A stretch of DNA of 64,000 nt from Hyaloraphidium curvatum SAG 235-1 (taxonomy: Eukaryota > Fungi > Monoblepharomycota), in assembly GCA_025558095.1 (NCBI GenBank), contig JAIVFI010000024.1:248001-312000 (forward strand). Direction: 5' to 3'. The notes under the pieces are model-generated. The model was given only the letters and a program-made list of their open reading frames with translations, was not told the DNA's origin and did no database searches. A program made the translations under genes and the position numbers. The stretch's first letter is position 1, and each line of letters starts with the position of its first letter. Below are positions 1 through 12,353 of this stretch, in pieces.

Positions 1-860
1 GCTCCGGGCATCGCGGGCCTCGCCCTCCCTCTCCGTGGCCATTGCTTCTGCGGCCCTCACCCGCTCCTCCACCTCGGTCCTTCGTGCCTCCAATTCGCCC
101 AGCTTGGTCTCCAAAGCAGCTCCGCGCTCCCTCTCCGCCTCCAGGTCCCTCTCCACTGCCTCTGACCCGTCCCTCGCAATCGCGGCCTCCCTCTTCAGCA
201 CCCCGTTTGCCCTCTCCGCAAGCTCGAGCCGCGAGGCGAGCTCCGCAACGCGCTGTTTGAGGGCAGCGCGCTCCGCGGTGCGCGACGCGAGGTCCGATTC
301 GAGTGCGGCCATGCGGCTCTGGTCCGGGGCGGGGGAGGGGTCCGTGTTGTGGGGCACGGAGCGGCGGGCATGGCGGGCTTTTTCCTCGGCCCGGGCGAGC
401 TTGGCCTGGAGGCTGCGGACCGCTGGAATGTCGACAGATCAGCCGGGTATCGGGCACGAAGCAGGACGACGCGCGCACCCTCTCGCGTGACGGTCTGCTG
501 TTTCTCCATCCGCTGAGCGGTCTCCTCCAGCAGTCCACGAAGCCGCCTGTTCTCCTCAGCCACGCCCGCAACTTCTTCGGCAAGCCGAGCTTGCACGGAA
601 GGCGCGGTGCGAATGGGGCGCACGGCCTCTGTGACCTCGACCTCCTCGAGCGCGTCCCCCGCTTCTTGTGACCCCTTTGCCGGGCCTGCCGGGACCACGG
701 CTTCAATTTGGGCGCCCTTGAGCGAAAGTGCAGGCTCCTCGGCGAGCGGCGAAAGCGGCGTGGGCTCGTAGTCGCCGTCCAGCGTGGCGGTCGAATCCGC
801 CCGCGTCTCGCCCAGCCCGCGCGGCGAGCCGGGCTGAGGGGCGGCCGCAAAGGCCTCCAT
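1..860 (-). CDS. Coiled-coil protein of unknown function (5' part; continues beyond window start)
   Basis: ATG at 860 (MEAFAAAP...). GT-AG intron 423-478 with a CTGAT branch point. Both exons encode E/R/A-rich heptads (EENRRLRGLLEETAQRMEK; ERAALKQRVAELASRLELAE). Confidence 0.7.
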
Positions 861-2484
861 TGGCAACGACGCGCGGAGACGAGGCCGCGGTGGCGGAGGA
901 GAGTGTTGGAGCGCTGCGAATTCAAGGCCGGAAAATGGGCATGTGGTGCACGCGAACACGACGATCACACGCGTCCAGCTGCACGCGACGAAGGACTCTG
1001 CACGATGAGAAGCGAGTACCGCTTTTGCCAGGCTTTGCAAACTCCGATTGTGGCTGTTGCATCGCAGGATGATGGATGGATGGACGGAGCCTGCTCTCCG
1101 TGACCTGGGCGGGATTGGCCCCGCCGATCTCACCCGCGCACTTTCGCCCCTCGGACTTCGAAGGAGAAGACTGGGCTGGCACCAATCCATGTCCATTCTC
1201 ATTTTCTAGGATGCATTTGAAGCTGCTTTTGGGTCAAGGCCTCCCCGATGGTCCACCGTGCGCGAGCATCCGCTGTTCGGCGCTGATCCCCATGCCGCCG
1301 CATCGCCCACCGCACCGCTGGGATCCCAAACAGATTCGCCCGACATCCTGCACATCGATCGAGGTTGTGCTCGCTTGCGCTAGGGCGGCAATGGCGCCAT
1401 GGATGCGTGAGGCCGGAGCCGGAGAGGTGCATTCCCATGCCGGGCCGGGTTAGCCGAGCGGCGAAGGAGGCCCCCGACCCGCGGGAATGCAGACGAGAGA
1501 ACCAAATCTAGGGCACAGATGCCGTGGTAGCCTGTTGGTATCACCGGATTACGGAACGTAATGCCCAGCCCGTTGCCCAGCGAGTCCCGATCCTGGCGTG
1601 GCCGGCCAGCTTTTGCCGCCCTGATCCCAAGCCGGTCAGACAAAATGTCCGATAACAATTGATCCATGAATTGCCAAGGATGTTCAGCTCTAGGGCCAGC
1701 TGTCAGAGTTATCCGGGCCGCCGAGGGGAGCGGGTGCGGGTGGGCCGTCGGACCACGCCGGGGGCCCGGCGCAAGGATGGCGAGTGGTCGGAGGGTCCGC
1801 CGCAGCTTCAGACGGCAACGACAGGTCCGAATGGTGTAGTTGGTCATCACGTATCCTTCACAACTGGTGAAATCGGATAAGGTCCTGAGTTCGATCCTCA
1901 GTTTGGACACGGAATTGTTTTTCAACCACCAGGGGTAAGATCTTCCTTCTGGTTGACTTTGGGACCGATCCGACGGGAATTCGCCGAGGGATGGGGGTGG
2001 GGGTTTTTTGTTGTCGAGGGGGACGGCGGGCTCCGCCCGCCGCGCCAAACCCCCGCTCGGCAACTCCGCCGCCATCCGCCGTTGCGCATGCAGGCTTCAG
2101 GTTCTCCCAGGAGCCTGGGCCGGCCAGAGATCGGCCCCAAGCGGCCGCAATGGCGCGCTTCGCGCGGCGGCCCGCCCCCGCGACTCCGCGTCGGCAGAAA
2201 ACACTGAGCTGCGCTCCGCCCCGACAGCGCATCGTTCCGGGCTGCCCAAAGGCAGCAAGCCGGATCCGAGCGGCGGGAAGCTCGACGAAGGACGGCTCTG
2301 TAGCTCTCGTTGCTTCGGGGTTTGCCGCGGGAGCGAAACTCCGCTCGCGCACGGGACGCCCCGCGCGATCGGCCGTCGACGCGCCTCGCCATCATCATAA
2401 TCGAGCACGGGCGTGCGAAAACAGGTTGTTTGGACCGGACCGGACGGCGAGCTGCGCCCGGTCGCGCCGCACGTGCTTTCCCGA

Positions 2485-2761
2485 CCGTCCGATCGCCGCA
2501 CGAATCTCCATCCGCCGCGACGTGCCTGGAACCTGTTCGCCGCATCCTGCCCTCGCACGGGACGCCGCCCGCGATCGACTCCCGGCCCGCCTCATCAATC
2601 AGCAATCAGAACGCAGGGCTTTGGATTGAAAGCTGCTGACTTGAGAACGGGACGACAAAATGCGCATATCGGACCGGACCGCGGCGCGATCGTCGTCTTC
2701 TCCTCGTCCCCCCATCCAGCCGTCCGATCGACGCACGAACCCACATCCGCCGCACCGTGCC
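2485..2761. repeat. Imperfect ~42-bp direct repeat pair (2485-2526 and 2720-2761) in intergenic DNA
   Basis: ccgtccgatcgccgcacgaatctccatccgccgcgacgtgcc vs ccgtccgatcgacgcacgaacccacatccgccgcaccgtgcc. Both copies are preceded ~50 bp upstream by ggaccggacc. Confidence 0.6.
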
Positions 2762-2824
2762 CGAAGCCTCCCCCCCTCTGCCGCACCATCCCACCCCCCC
2801 ACATCCGCCGCGCCCCTCCCGTCC

Positions 2825-4285
2825 CTACTGCACCCTCCCCCCCCTCGCCAGCACCCCCACCCCCCCGACCACCAGCCCCATCCCGACCCCCACGCACACC
2901 GCCCCGCCCACCTCGTACCCGCTGCGTCCCAGCACGGCCAGGTTGACGACCACCTGGTCGGGCAGCTGCGGCAGCGTGTACCCGGCAAAGAACACGGGCA
3001 CGCTCATGAGCGGCGGCGCGAGGTCCAGCGAGCGGTGCAGCGCGTAGAGCTGCACGAGGAGGGTCAGCGGGAGGGCGAGGAGGAGGGGGATGAGTGAGGA
3101 CAGGGGGAGGGGGGGGTCGCCGGGGGAGGGCCGGAGGAGGGAGGTGATGGCGAGGTCGACCCTTCGAACGGGGAGGCGAGGACGTCAGTCCGCGGTCCGT
3201 AAGCGATCACGCCCCACGACGGCCCACCCGCTCTTTGTCAGCAGCAGCGACAGGCTCGCCACCACCCCCCCGACCGCCGCATAGGCCATCCCCGCCCACA
3301 CCTCCCTCCTCCTCCCCCCCTTTGCGCCCTCCCCCCCGCTCCCCTTGTCCGCCCACGCGTCCGCCCACCCCTCCTCCTCCTCCGCGTACGCCAGCGCGCC
3401 GGTCTGCTCCTCCAGCGGCGGCAGCCAGGGCACCCAGATGTGCCTGCTCAGCGCGCCGCCGGGGCGGAGGGATTCCCATGCCACCAAGGGGAGGAAGGCG
3501 GCGAGCGACAGTGCGGCCTGGGCGGAGAAGGCGGCGAGGAAGAGCGGGGAGGAGAGGAGGACCGGGAGGGTGGCGGGGGAGGTGACGGCGTTGTCCTGCG
3601 AGGCAAAGACGCCGCACAGCGCGCTGCCCGCGAGCAGCAGCACCGTCCCGACGTAGTCGTGCGCGCCGATCTCGGTGCCGAGGATCCACCGCGAGAAGCC
3701 GATGTTGAACACCAGGCTCGCGGAAGAGAGCGGCGCGAGCACCAGCGGCGGGAGGAAGCACAGCGCGAGGGAGCCGCCCCCCGCCGTGCCCACGAGGTAC
3801 AGGGCGAGCCCGGCGTGCCACATCCACGGGCCGAGGAGCCGCTTGCAGAGCACGGTGCCGGGGGGCAGCGGGGCGGACTCGAGGGCGCGCGACTGCTCGA
3901 CGACGGTGGGGATGCGGCGCGGGCGGGCGGCGGGGAGGTGCGCGGCGTGGGAAAGCAGCGGGGTGGCCTCGGTCGCGGCGTCGGGGGGCGTGGCGGGGTC
4001 CGGCGGCGTCACCCCCCCGGCAGCACGGTCGTGCGGCTCCTCGGCACCGCGGTCCGGCGGGGCCTCCTCGCCGTCGGCGCCAAACAGCCAGTGGTCGTCG
4101 CCGAAGCGCGAGAACGACCTGCTCAGCCGCCTCCACGCGGCGGAGCGGGGCGACGACGGGGACGCCGCCGCCGTCGCCGCGGCCTCGATGAGCGCCTGGC
4201 CGGCCTGCAGGTTCATCCCCAGCGCGGAGAGCAGCGACGAGAGCAGCGAAACCAGGATGCCGAGCACCGCGCCGGGGACGCCCAT
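2825..4285 (-). CDS. NIPA/DUF803-family (magnesium transporter-like) multi-pass membrane protein
   Basis: Motifs SSLLSALGMNLQ, W(H)AGLALYLVG, LAPLSSASLVFNIGFSRWILG, GGVVASLSLLLTKSG, QLYALHRSL. One intron at ~3162-3227. Confidence 0.85.
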
Positions 4286-4477
4286 CGCGGGGAGGGCGCG
4301 GCAAACAGTGGGATGTCGGACGCGTCGCGGAGTTGGCGGCTGCGGCAAACACTTCCGCACCGTCGCCCGGTCGAGTCCAGTCCAGTTGCCCCGTTCCCAC
4401 CGTCTACGGCTTCTAGCGTTGCCTAGCATGGCAAAGATCTGCCCCCGGCCCGCGACCCGTTCCCGGCCGCCGGCAAC

Positions 4478-5231
4478 TCAAGCCCCGAGAAGCCCCCTCA
4501 AGCATCGCCTCCGCCTCGGCGACCTCGACCTGCTCCTGCTGCGGCTCCTGGCGCCGCTCCTGCTCCTCCTCCTGGCGCGGCTGCGGCTTCTGCTTTTGCT
4601 TGCGCTGCGGCGCCTCCCGCCCTCGCCGGCGCGGGGAGACCGCGACCGCCGGCGCGGCGACCTCGTCCTCGACCTCGACCTCGACCTGTCGCGCCTCCGT
4701 CCCCCGACGCCCCCGGTGTCCTCGTACCTCCACCCCCTCTGCGGCGGATTCCTCGCCCACTGTCCAACACCCATCACTGATCAGCTCTCCCCCACGATTC
4801 CACGCGGCCCGGCGATCACCTGTATCTTGACTTCCCCCCCGCCGATCCTCTTCCCTTCCATCCTCTGGTATGCGCCCTCGGCGTCGCGGGGTTCCTCGAA
4901 CTCGACGAACGCGAACGGGTCGGAACCGGCGTAGCGCGGGGTGGGCACGTCGCACCGGACGAGGCGGCCGAACCTTTGCGCGCGGGGAGGGGAGGGGGGC
5001 CACGTGTCGGTCGGTCGTCCGCTCCCAAACCAAACGGGCGGGGCAGACGGCCCACCGCTCGAACTCGGCCGAGACCTCCCTCGCCGAGATCCCGTCCGGC
5101 AGTCCCGACACGAAGAGGGTCGTCTGCCGCGGCGGAGGGCGCGGCGGGGAGCGGCCGCGGGGAGGGGGCCGATCGCCGCGCGGGGGGGAGCGCGAGCGCG
5201 GGCGGCCGCGGGGCGGGTCGCGGCGGGACAT
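4478..5231 (-). CDS. SR-family splicing factor (single RRM plus RS domain)
   Basis: RNP2 LFVSGL and RNP1-like PFAFVEF, followed by DAEGA. C-terminal RSRSRS repeats. Two introns (~4973-5054 and 4760-4819). Confidence 0.9.
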
Positions 5232-5669
5232 GGAGGGCGCGATTTACGGGGGAGAGTGCGGGGAGGGAGGCGTAGGACGGAGCTGAGTGCGGCGGGGGAG
5301 GCTTGGTGGGAGGCAGTCGGCGCAAGTGATGATTCCGGTTCCACCCGACGAGTCCCCGCCCCTGTGCCGCCCCCCGCGCCCGCTTGAAGCCGCCATCCGG
5401 GCCAGCCGCGAGCGCCGCGCAGTCACATCGCCGCTCGCGCGCAGCGGCGACCGCCGGGCGCGCACCCCGCCGGGCCGCGGGCAGCAAACACCGCAAACCC
5501 CGCCCCCGCCGGCCGCCCCGCTCCCGCTCCCGCTGCACGGCGCACCCGCCCGCGGGACTGCTGCTTAGACGCCTGCTTAGCACCTTAAGCCGCCCCCTAA
5601 GCCGCCGTTAGAGGCGCATCCCGTGCTGCACCCGCCCGCATCCGAGTCACCCGACCCCCTCACCCAACA

Positions 5670-7140
5670 ATGATCCCGACCACGTCGCGCGAGGTCGGCG
5701 CCTCGGAGAACCTGCACGACGCGCACCTCGCGCGCTCCAAACCCGCCTCGCGCGCGGACCTCCTCCCCGCCGCACCGCCCGCAGACGACGCCGAGCCCGT
5801 CTTCGTGCTCGGCGCCACGCACCGCACCGCCGCGCCCTCGCCCCTCGCCGCCGCGCCGCCCGCCCCGCTCCCGCGCAGGCTGTCGTCGCCGCCCTCGCGC
5901 TCGCGCTTCGAGCACCTGCTCCCGCCGTCGTGGCAGAAGGCCGTGCAGGAGTGGTTCCACGAGGACATCCCCGTCTTCGACTACGGCGGCTTCGTGGTCG
6001 GCGAGACCGAGCAGGTCGCCATCCTGTACGGCAAGACAAAGGGCGTGCTCGCGGGCGTGCCCTTTTTCGAGGAGGTGTTCCGGCAGTGCAACTGCCGCGT
6101 CGAGTGGCTCATGGAGGAGGGCGAGTACTTTGAGCCCATCAAGGTGGTCGCGCGCGTGTACGGCGGCGCGCGGTTCCTGCTGCTGGGCGAGCGCGTGGCG
6201 CTCAACATGATCGCACGCGCGTCGGGCATCGCTACCAGGTGCGTCCGCGCCGGAGGACCTCCATGCTCTCCCGCACTCACCCCCGTCCCCGCCACCCCCT
6301 ACACGCCACCCTCTTCACACCCCCTTCTCTCCCCCTTCACTCCATCCCCCTCCCCTGCCATCAGAGCCTACCGGCTCAACCAGATCCGCGCGCGGCACGG
6401 GTACAAGGGCTTCATCGCCGGCACCCGCAAGACCACCCCGGGTTTCCGCATGGTGGAAAAGTACGCCATGCTCGTCGGCGGCGTCGACACGCACCGCATG
6501 GACCTGTCGTCCATGATCATGCTCAAGGACAACCACATCTGGGCGCAGGGTGGGTCGCCGGCTTCCCGCAGGGGGAGGAGGGCGCTGATCCGCGGCTGGC
6601 GCCGCGCAGGATCGATCACCTCGGCGGTGCAGCTCGCGCGTCAGGTCGGCGGCTTCGCGCTCAAGATCGAGGTCGAGTGCCGCACCGAGGACGAGGCGGA
6701 CGAGGCCATCGCCGCCGGCGCCGACATCATCATGCTGGACAACTTCGAGCCCGACGAGATGAAGGTCGTCGCGCGGAGGCTCAAGGAGCGCTGGGGGGCC
6801 AGGAGCTTCGACCAGGGGGGGAGGCAGTTCCTGATCGAGGGGAGCGGGGGGATCAACGAGTCGACGGTGCACCTGTACTTTTGCGACGGTGGGTTGCCCG
6901 GACGGCCCTTCCGGCGTCGGGACCGCTGACCCCCCGCCCGCCCGTGGTGCAGACATCGACGTGCTCTCCCTCGGCTCCCTCACCCAGGGCGTCCCGCACA
7001 TCGACTTTTCCCTCAAGATCGACCACGGCAAGGGGTTCCACTACAAGAGCAAGAAGCCCGAGCGGGCAAACACCGTCGCGGCGGGCGACGCGATGCCCGC
7101 CAACGGGGACGGCAAGGAGAGCGAGCAGAGCGACGACTGA
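5670..7140 (+). CDS. BNA6: Nicotinate-nucleotide pyrophosphorylase (quinolinate phosphoribosyltransferase)
   Basis: Motifs [62 protein letters not shown]. Three introns. Confidence 0.95.
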
Positions 7141-7427
7141 TCCCCGGCGGGGGCGGGGACGGCGGGGGACCGGGCATGTAAATAGCCGCGCACCACGGGG
7201 AAGTGCTTTGTCGAAAACGGCGCGTCTGCCACCCTTACGTGCCCTCCACATATCACGAACCCTGTCTCCCCTGCTTTTGTCGCCCGTCCATCCGTCGCCG
7301 CCCAGCTGCTGGCCGTGGCACCCCTTGGTTGCGAACGGTCGTCGTCCGTGGTCCTTGCCAAACGCGAGCGTGTCGCCAGGAGGTCACGTTGCTCCGGGGG
7401 TACCGGGGTCTGTGTCAGGGGCGCCGC

Positions 7428-8006
7428 TCACATGATTGGCGGCGTGTGCACCCCGGCCGGCGCACGCGAAGCCATCGGCCGCGCCGTGGTCTTGCGCTGG
7501 TTGTCGGAAAAGACCAGGACGCGGGCGAGCGGGAAGCGGCCGTGACCGCCGCACGCGGCGAGGAGGAAGGGGTCTGAGTTCAGGAAGCCCAGTTCCTGCG
7601 AGACGGCGGTGTACTGCCCCAGGTCGTTGGGCGCGAGCAGCGACGATCCGACGCGTCCCCCGGCGACCCGGGCGACGTGCGACACGATGGCGTACTGCAG
7701 CTGCGCGGCGGTGATCGGGTATGCGGCGGGCAGCAGCCACGCGGGCAGCGGCGGCCGCGCCTGGTTCGCGTGGTGCAGCGCGGCCGCGAGGTGCGCCGCG
7801 TCCCAGTCGAGCAGCACGGCCGGAACCTGCTCGCCGACGTCCGCGAGCGCCCGCTCGGCCGCGGGTCCGCGCACCGTCACGCTGCCGTCGGCGGCGCGCG
7901 TCGCGGCGACCTCGTCGGCCTGCGCTGCGTTCCTGCAACGGTCGCCTTCTTCCGCAGGGGACGCATGGCGCTTCGTGCCGCGATGATTCTCGTTGGCGCG
8001 ATGCAT
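7428..8006 (-). CDS. Hypothetical protein
   Basis: Open frame with genome-typical GC3 codon use and globular-looking sequence (VLLDWDAAHLAAALH...LGFLNSDPFLL). No family recognised; start and splicing uncertain. Confidence 0.4.
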   Translation of the reverse strand: MHRANENHRGTKRHASPAEEGDRCRNAAQADEVAATRAADGSVTVRGPAAERALADVGEQVPAVLLDWDAAHLAAALHHANQARPPLPAWLLPAAYPITAAQLQYAIVSHVARVAGGRVGSSLLAPNDLGQYTAVSQELGFLNSDPFLLAACGGHGRFPLARVLVFSDNQRKTTARPMASRAPAGVHTPPIM

Positions 8007-8226
8007 GCTGGAGTTGATATTGGGGACGGGGGATGCAAAGGGCACACGCGTTTCGCAGCGGGCGCGCGCCCTCTGTGGCATGAAGGGAGGTGCACAAAGC
8101 ACGCGTTGCGCGGATCGCCGTGCCAGACTATCCGCCCTGCAGCGCGATCGGGACCCCGCCGATCGCCTGCCTACGCGTCCCCCGAGATCCAACTGCGCAA
8201 CCCGCACTCGATCCACCCCATACCAG

Positions 8227-10765
8227 CTATCCCTTGTCGTCGGTCAGGTTCCCCGTCCAGCAGTATTCGATGTCCCCCTCGGGGTTGAGCGCCCACTTGG
8301 CGTAGGGCACGCCGGGCAGGGTAAAGACCGCAAAGACGGCGATGGCCGCGAACATGGCGCCCGAGTCGAGGGCGGCGGAGAGGACAAAGTTGTAGTTGGC
8401 GAACCAGGACGGGTACCGGCGGCGCACTGCGGCGGACGAGGATCAGCGGGGGCGCGGAAGCCACGCGGGAGCGCGGAGACGCACCGAAGCTCATGAAGAA
8501 CCACGAGACCAGCAGCGACGTGAGCATCCAGTTGGCACCGCTTCCGCCGTTGGCACCCGCCCCCAGCGCGATGATCGGGATGCAGACGAGGTCCCAGCCG
8601 ACCTTGGGGTACCGCCTGTGCAGCATGTAGAACGGCACGGGGAGCACCGCGCCGAGGAGGAAGAACCACAGCAGCGGGCGGTACGGCGAGGAGCCGCCAA
8701 ACAGCCTGGCGGGCCCGACGGCGCCCCAGATCAGGCTGGCGGTGTAGAAGATCTTGCTCGCGCGGGGGTTCCAGTTCGGGTCCGGGTTGGAGAGGAGGTC
8801 GATGGAGCGGATGATGGCGTCCATGACGGCGTAGTTGACGATGCCGCCGAGGAAGGTGCCCCACAGCTGGGCCACGAGCATCGATCGCGGGGGTATCTTC
8901 ATGTAGTGCGCGATCTTGAGGTCGGCGACGAGGGAGAGGGCCTGCGAGAGGGCCATGTAGCCGTAGGTCTTGAAGACGATGTTGGCGATGGGCTGGCCGG
9001 GCAGCAGCAGGCCGGCGATGAACTCGGTGAGCACGTTCAGGCCGACCTGCTGGTTCGATACGGCCTGCAGGATCCCCACGGGGAGGACAAAGATGACGGC
9101 CACGATGACGGCGAGGATGACGCCCCACCAGGGCAGCTGCAGGTCGTAGTACTCGACCACGAACATGGACACACCGAGGGTGGCGAAGAAGATGCCCAGA
9201 TACACGTAGTCGGGCACGTCGTCGTACACGCGCATCATGAGCGTGTGCACGTCGGGGGCGATGTGGTCCCGCGCGGTGCGGAAGCGCTTCCACACGTCCG
9301 CGCCGTGGTACAGGCCCACGTGGACCAGCACCGCCGTGAGGTTGGCGAACGAGATTCCGTACATGAAGGCCCAGAAGGTGCTCAGGCGGATCGGGTTCTG
9401 CTCGTACGCGGCCTCGTTGAGGGTGAGGTTGGCGTGGAGCACCTGCGTGACGTTCCACCTGGAGCCGTCCTGCGAGTAGCTCGCCGTGCCGAACATCGGG
9501 AAGGTCTTTGCCGACCACACGTCGGAATGGTACAGCAGGGGGGTGACGATCCAGGCAAAGAAGAGCGCGGACACGATGTAGTTGACCTGGCTCCAGAGGG
9601 GGGTATAGAGGGGGCCGGTGATGCCGGCGTAGTTCCAATCGAGGGTGAAGTTGAGGATCCCGGCCCCGCGGTAGCCGCTGCCGAGCTGGGCCAGGGTTTT
9701 GGAGATGGTGCCCGCGGGACCGCCGCCGAGCAGGCAGAGCACCGCGATCGACGTGAGCGTCGGCGCGATGTAGCTCGGCAGGAAGCCGTACAGCACGGAC
9801 GCGAAAAAGACGGTGACGAAAAAGTTCATCCGCCGCTCGGCGTCCGTCGTGCTCTTGGCGTGCGACGGGCCCGTCTCGTCCTTCCCGTGGAGCGTGTTGA
9901 AGAGGGCGATGATGGGCAGCGTGCCCGGCCAGACCATCTCCCGCTTCTCCACGAGCCACTTCCGCAACATCCCCGCCAGCCCGTAGCCGATGCACTGCGT
10001 CGTCATAAGCAGCATGATGCTGCCCATGGGGCCAATGTCGGTGTTGTAGAAGAGGCGCTGCACCGCGAGGATGTCGATCGCGTAGGCGACGCCCAGCGAA
10101 GTGGAGCTGCAGATGCAGATCAACGTGTGCTCCTTGACGTTGAACGGGCCTTCGTTCAGCACGAATTCGCGTCCAAAGAGCCGTACGCTGTGTGGTAGCC
10201 AGCGCGCCATCGCGTTCCCGAGCACGAAGCTGACCAGTTGGACGAAAAAGAGGGAGAGCGACAGCGTCGCGCTTCGAAAGTAGTAGAACTGCCCCACGCC
10301 CGCCGCCAGCACCGTCAGGAGGGATCCGAGGATCCAGAAACGGAACGTCAACGTGGGCAGCGTGGGGTCGTCCGCCTCGTTGACCACCGCGGAAAGAATC
10401 TGCTCATCCTCCATGTCGTGCGGGAACTGCTCCGGCTCCTCGGTGGCGGCGTTGGGCAGGAACTTTTCCGACTCGGAAGGCACGGCGCTGAACGAGTCGA
10501 GCTCCAGGGCCTCGGACGGCGAGCCATTGAGGCGCGTGTCCACGCGCAGGCCGGCATTGGGGGGCTCGGCAGGAAAAATCCGCACCGTCTTTTTCGGCGG
10601 AGGAGGAGCAGGCTCGCTTTCGCGCTCTCCCGCGGTCGCCGAGTCCAAATCAGAGGAGCGTTCCGAGTTGGCGAGGTCGCCCTCCTCCGTGGGCACCGCG
10701 GCCGGTCCTTCGGGAATGAGAGGAGCTTGGCCATCGTCGTCCCCGTCCGATGCGGCTGCCCACAT
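8227..10765 (-). CDS. OPT-family oligopeptide transporter
   Basis: Motifs [58 protein letters not shown]. One intron at 8427-8484. Confidence 0.95.
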
Positions 10766-10946
10766 CGGAAACGAGACGCCCGACGGACTTTCGCGCGACC
10801 CGCGCAATGCCCAACCAACCGCACCAACCAAGGGCTTCCTTGCAAAACTGGCTTGGCGCGCGCCGCAGGACGCCACGAAAACAGAGCATCTCCACCGCAG
10901 CTTCCCACTATTCCTCCCTTTCCGTCCTTTCTCCCTCCTCTGCGCG

Positions 10947-12143
10947 ATGCCCGGCGGCGTCCCTGATCCGACGACGGCCAAGCCGCTCGTCGGCATCGTC
11001 GGCTGGCGCGGCATGGTCGGCTCGGTGCTCATGGACCGCATGGTCGAGGAGGGCGACCTGGCGCTCTTGCGCCCCGTCTACTTCTCCACGTCGGCGGCCG
11101 GCGACAAGGCGCCCGTCTTCGGCGGCGTGGCGCCCGAGGCCGCGGAGCTCCTGGACGGCAACAGCCTCGAGGCGCTCGCCAAGTGCGACGTCGTCATCAG
11201 CTGCCAGGGCGGCGACTACACAAAGGCCGTCTTCGGCCCGCTGCGGGCCTCGGGCTGGCGCGGACACTGGATCGACGCCGCGTCGACGCTGCGGATGGCC
11301 GAGGACGCCGTCATCATCCTGGACCCGGTCAACTCGGACGTCATCCTCGACTCGCTGCACAACAAAAAGTGCCTCAACTGGATCGGCGGCAACTGCACGG
11401 TGTCGCTCATGCTCATGGCCACGGCTGGCCTGTTCCGCGCCGGGCTGGTCGAGTGGGTCAGCGCCATGACGTACCAGGCCGCGTCGGGCGCCGGCGCGCA
11501 GAACATGCGGGACCTGCTGTCGCAGATGGCCTCGCTCCACGACGCCGCCAAGGACCTCCTCGCGGACCCCAAATCGAGCATCCTGGAGATCGACCGCCGG
11601 GTCTCGGAGCGGCTCCGGAGCCAGGACCAGGCCGTCATCCCCACAAAGAGCTTCCGCGGGGTGCCGCTCGCCGGCTCGCTGATCCCCTGGATCGACGTGC
11701 CCGTCGCCGAGGGCCAGAGCAAGGAAGAATGGAAAGGCGGCGCCGAGTGCAACAAGATCCTCGGGCTCCCGGCCTTCCGCACGCCGGGCAGCATCCCCGT
11801 CGACGGCCTCTGCGTCCGCGTCGGGTCGCTGCGGTGCCATTCCCAGGCGCTCACCATCAAGCTGAAGAAGGACGTTCCGCTGGAGGAGGTCGAGGCGCTC
11901 CTGGCCAAGGGCAACGACTGGGTCGAGGTGATCCCGAACACGCGCGAGGAGACGGAGCGGAGGCTTTCGCCGGCCGCGGTCTCGGGGAAGCTCAAGGTGC
12001 CCATCGGGCGGCTGCACAAGCTGGCCATGGGGCCCGAGTACCTGGGGGCGTTTACGTGCGGCGACCAGCTGCTCTGGGGCGCGGCCGAGCCGCTGAGGCG
12101 GATGCTGAGGATCCTCCTGGACGAGGGCGTTCTCAAGCCGTGA
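10947..12143 (+). CDS. asd: Aspartate-semialdehyde dehydrogenase, gamma/beta-proteobacterial (E. coli-type) clade, intronless
   Basis: Motifs [43 protein letters not shown] (catalytic Cys), [40 protein letters not shown]. Colinear with E. coli Asd as I recall it. Confidence 0.95.
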   Translation: MPGGVPDPTTAKPLVGIVGWRGMVGSVLMDRMVEEGDLALLRPVYFSTSAAGDKAPVFGGVAPEAAELLDGNSLEALAKCDVVISCQGGDYTKAVFGPLRASGWRGHWIDAASTLRMAEDAVIILDPVNSDVILDSLHNKKCLNWIGGNCTVSLMLMATAGLFRAGLVEWVSAMTYQAASGAGAQNMRDLLSQMASLHDAAKDLLADPKSSILEIDRRVSERLRSQDQAVIPTKSFRGVPLAGSLIPWIDVPVAEGQSKEEWKGGAECNKILGLPAFRTPGSIPVDGLCVRVGSLRCHSQALTIKLKKDVPLEEVEALLAKGNDWVEVIPNTREETERRLSPAAVSGKLKVPIGRLHKLAMGPEYLGAFTCGDQLLWGAAEPLRRMLRILLDEGVLKP

Positions 12144-12353
12144 TCTACTCTCTGGACAGACTCTGGTCTTGTACTTGGGCGTGCTTTTAGACTTGAACGA
12201 TCCCGCCGAAGGTGGGGACGCTGCTGATAGAGCAGCCATTCTTGTCTCGACTTGTCCCTCGGCCGCCTGTTGAACCCCGCGAGTCATCGCACGTTTTCCC
12301 AGAGCCAATAGCGCAACTCGTGCCCGGTTTCGCGTTTCTTATCGGCACCGCTA

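Noticed and set aside
4500-4700. Short tandem repeats (ctcgac, ctgctc)
   Set aside because: They simply encode the RS domain of the SR protein.
10947-12143. Bacterial contamination or chimeric contig as the explanation for asd
   Set aside because: It is flanked within 200 bp by intron-containing fungal genes, has matching codon bias and a short N-terminal extension, and shows no operon neighbours or Shine-Dalgarno site. Read-level confirmation is still advisable.
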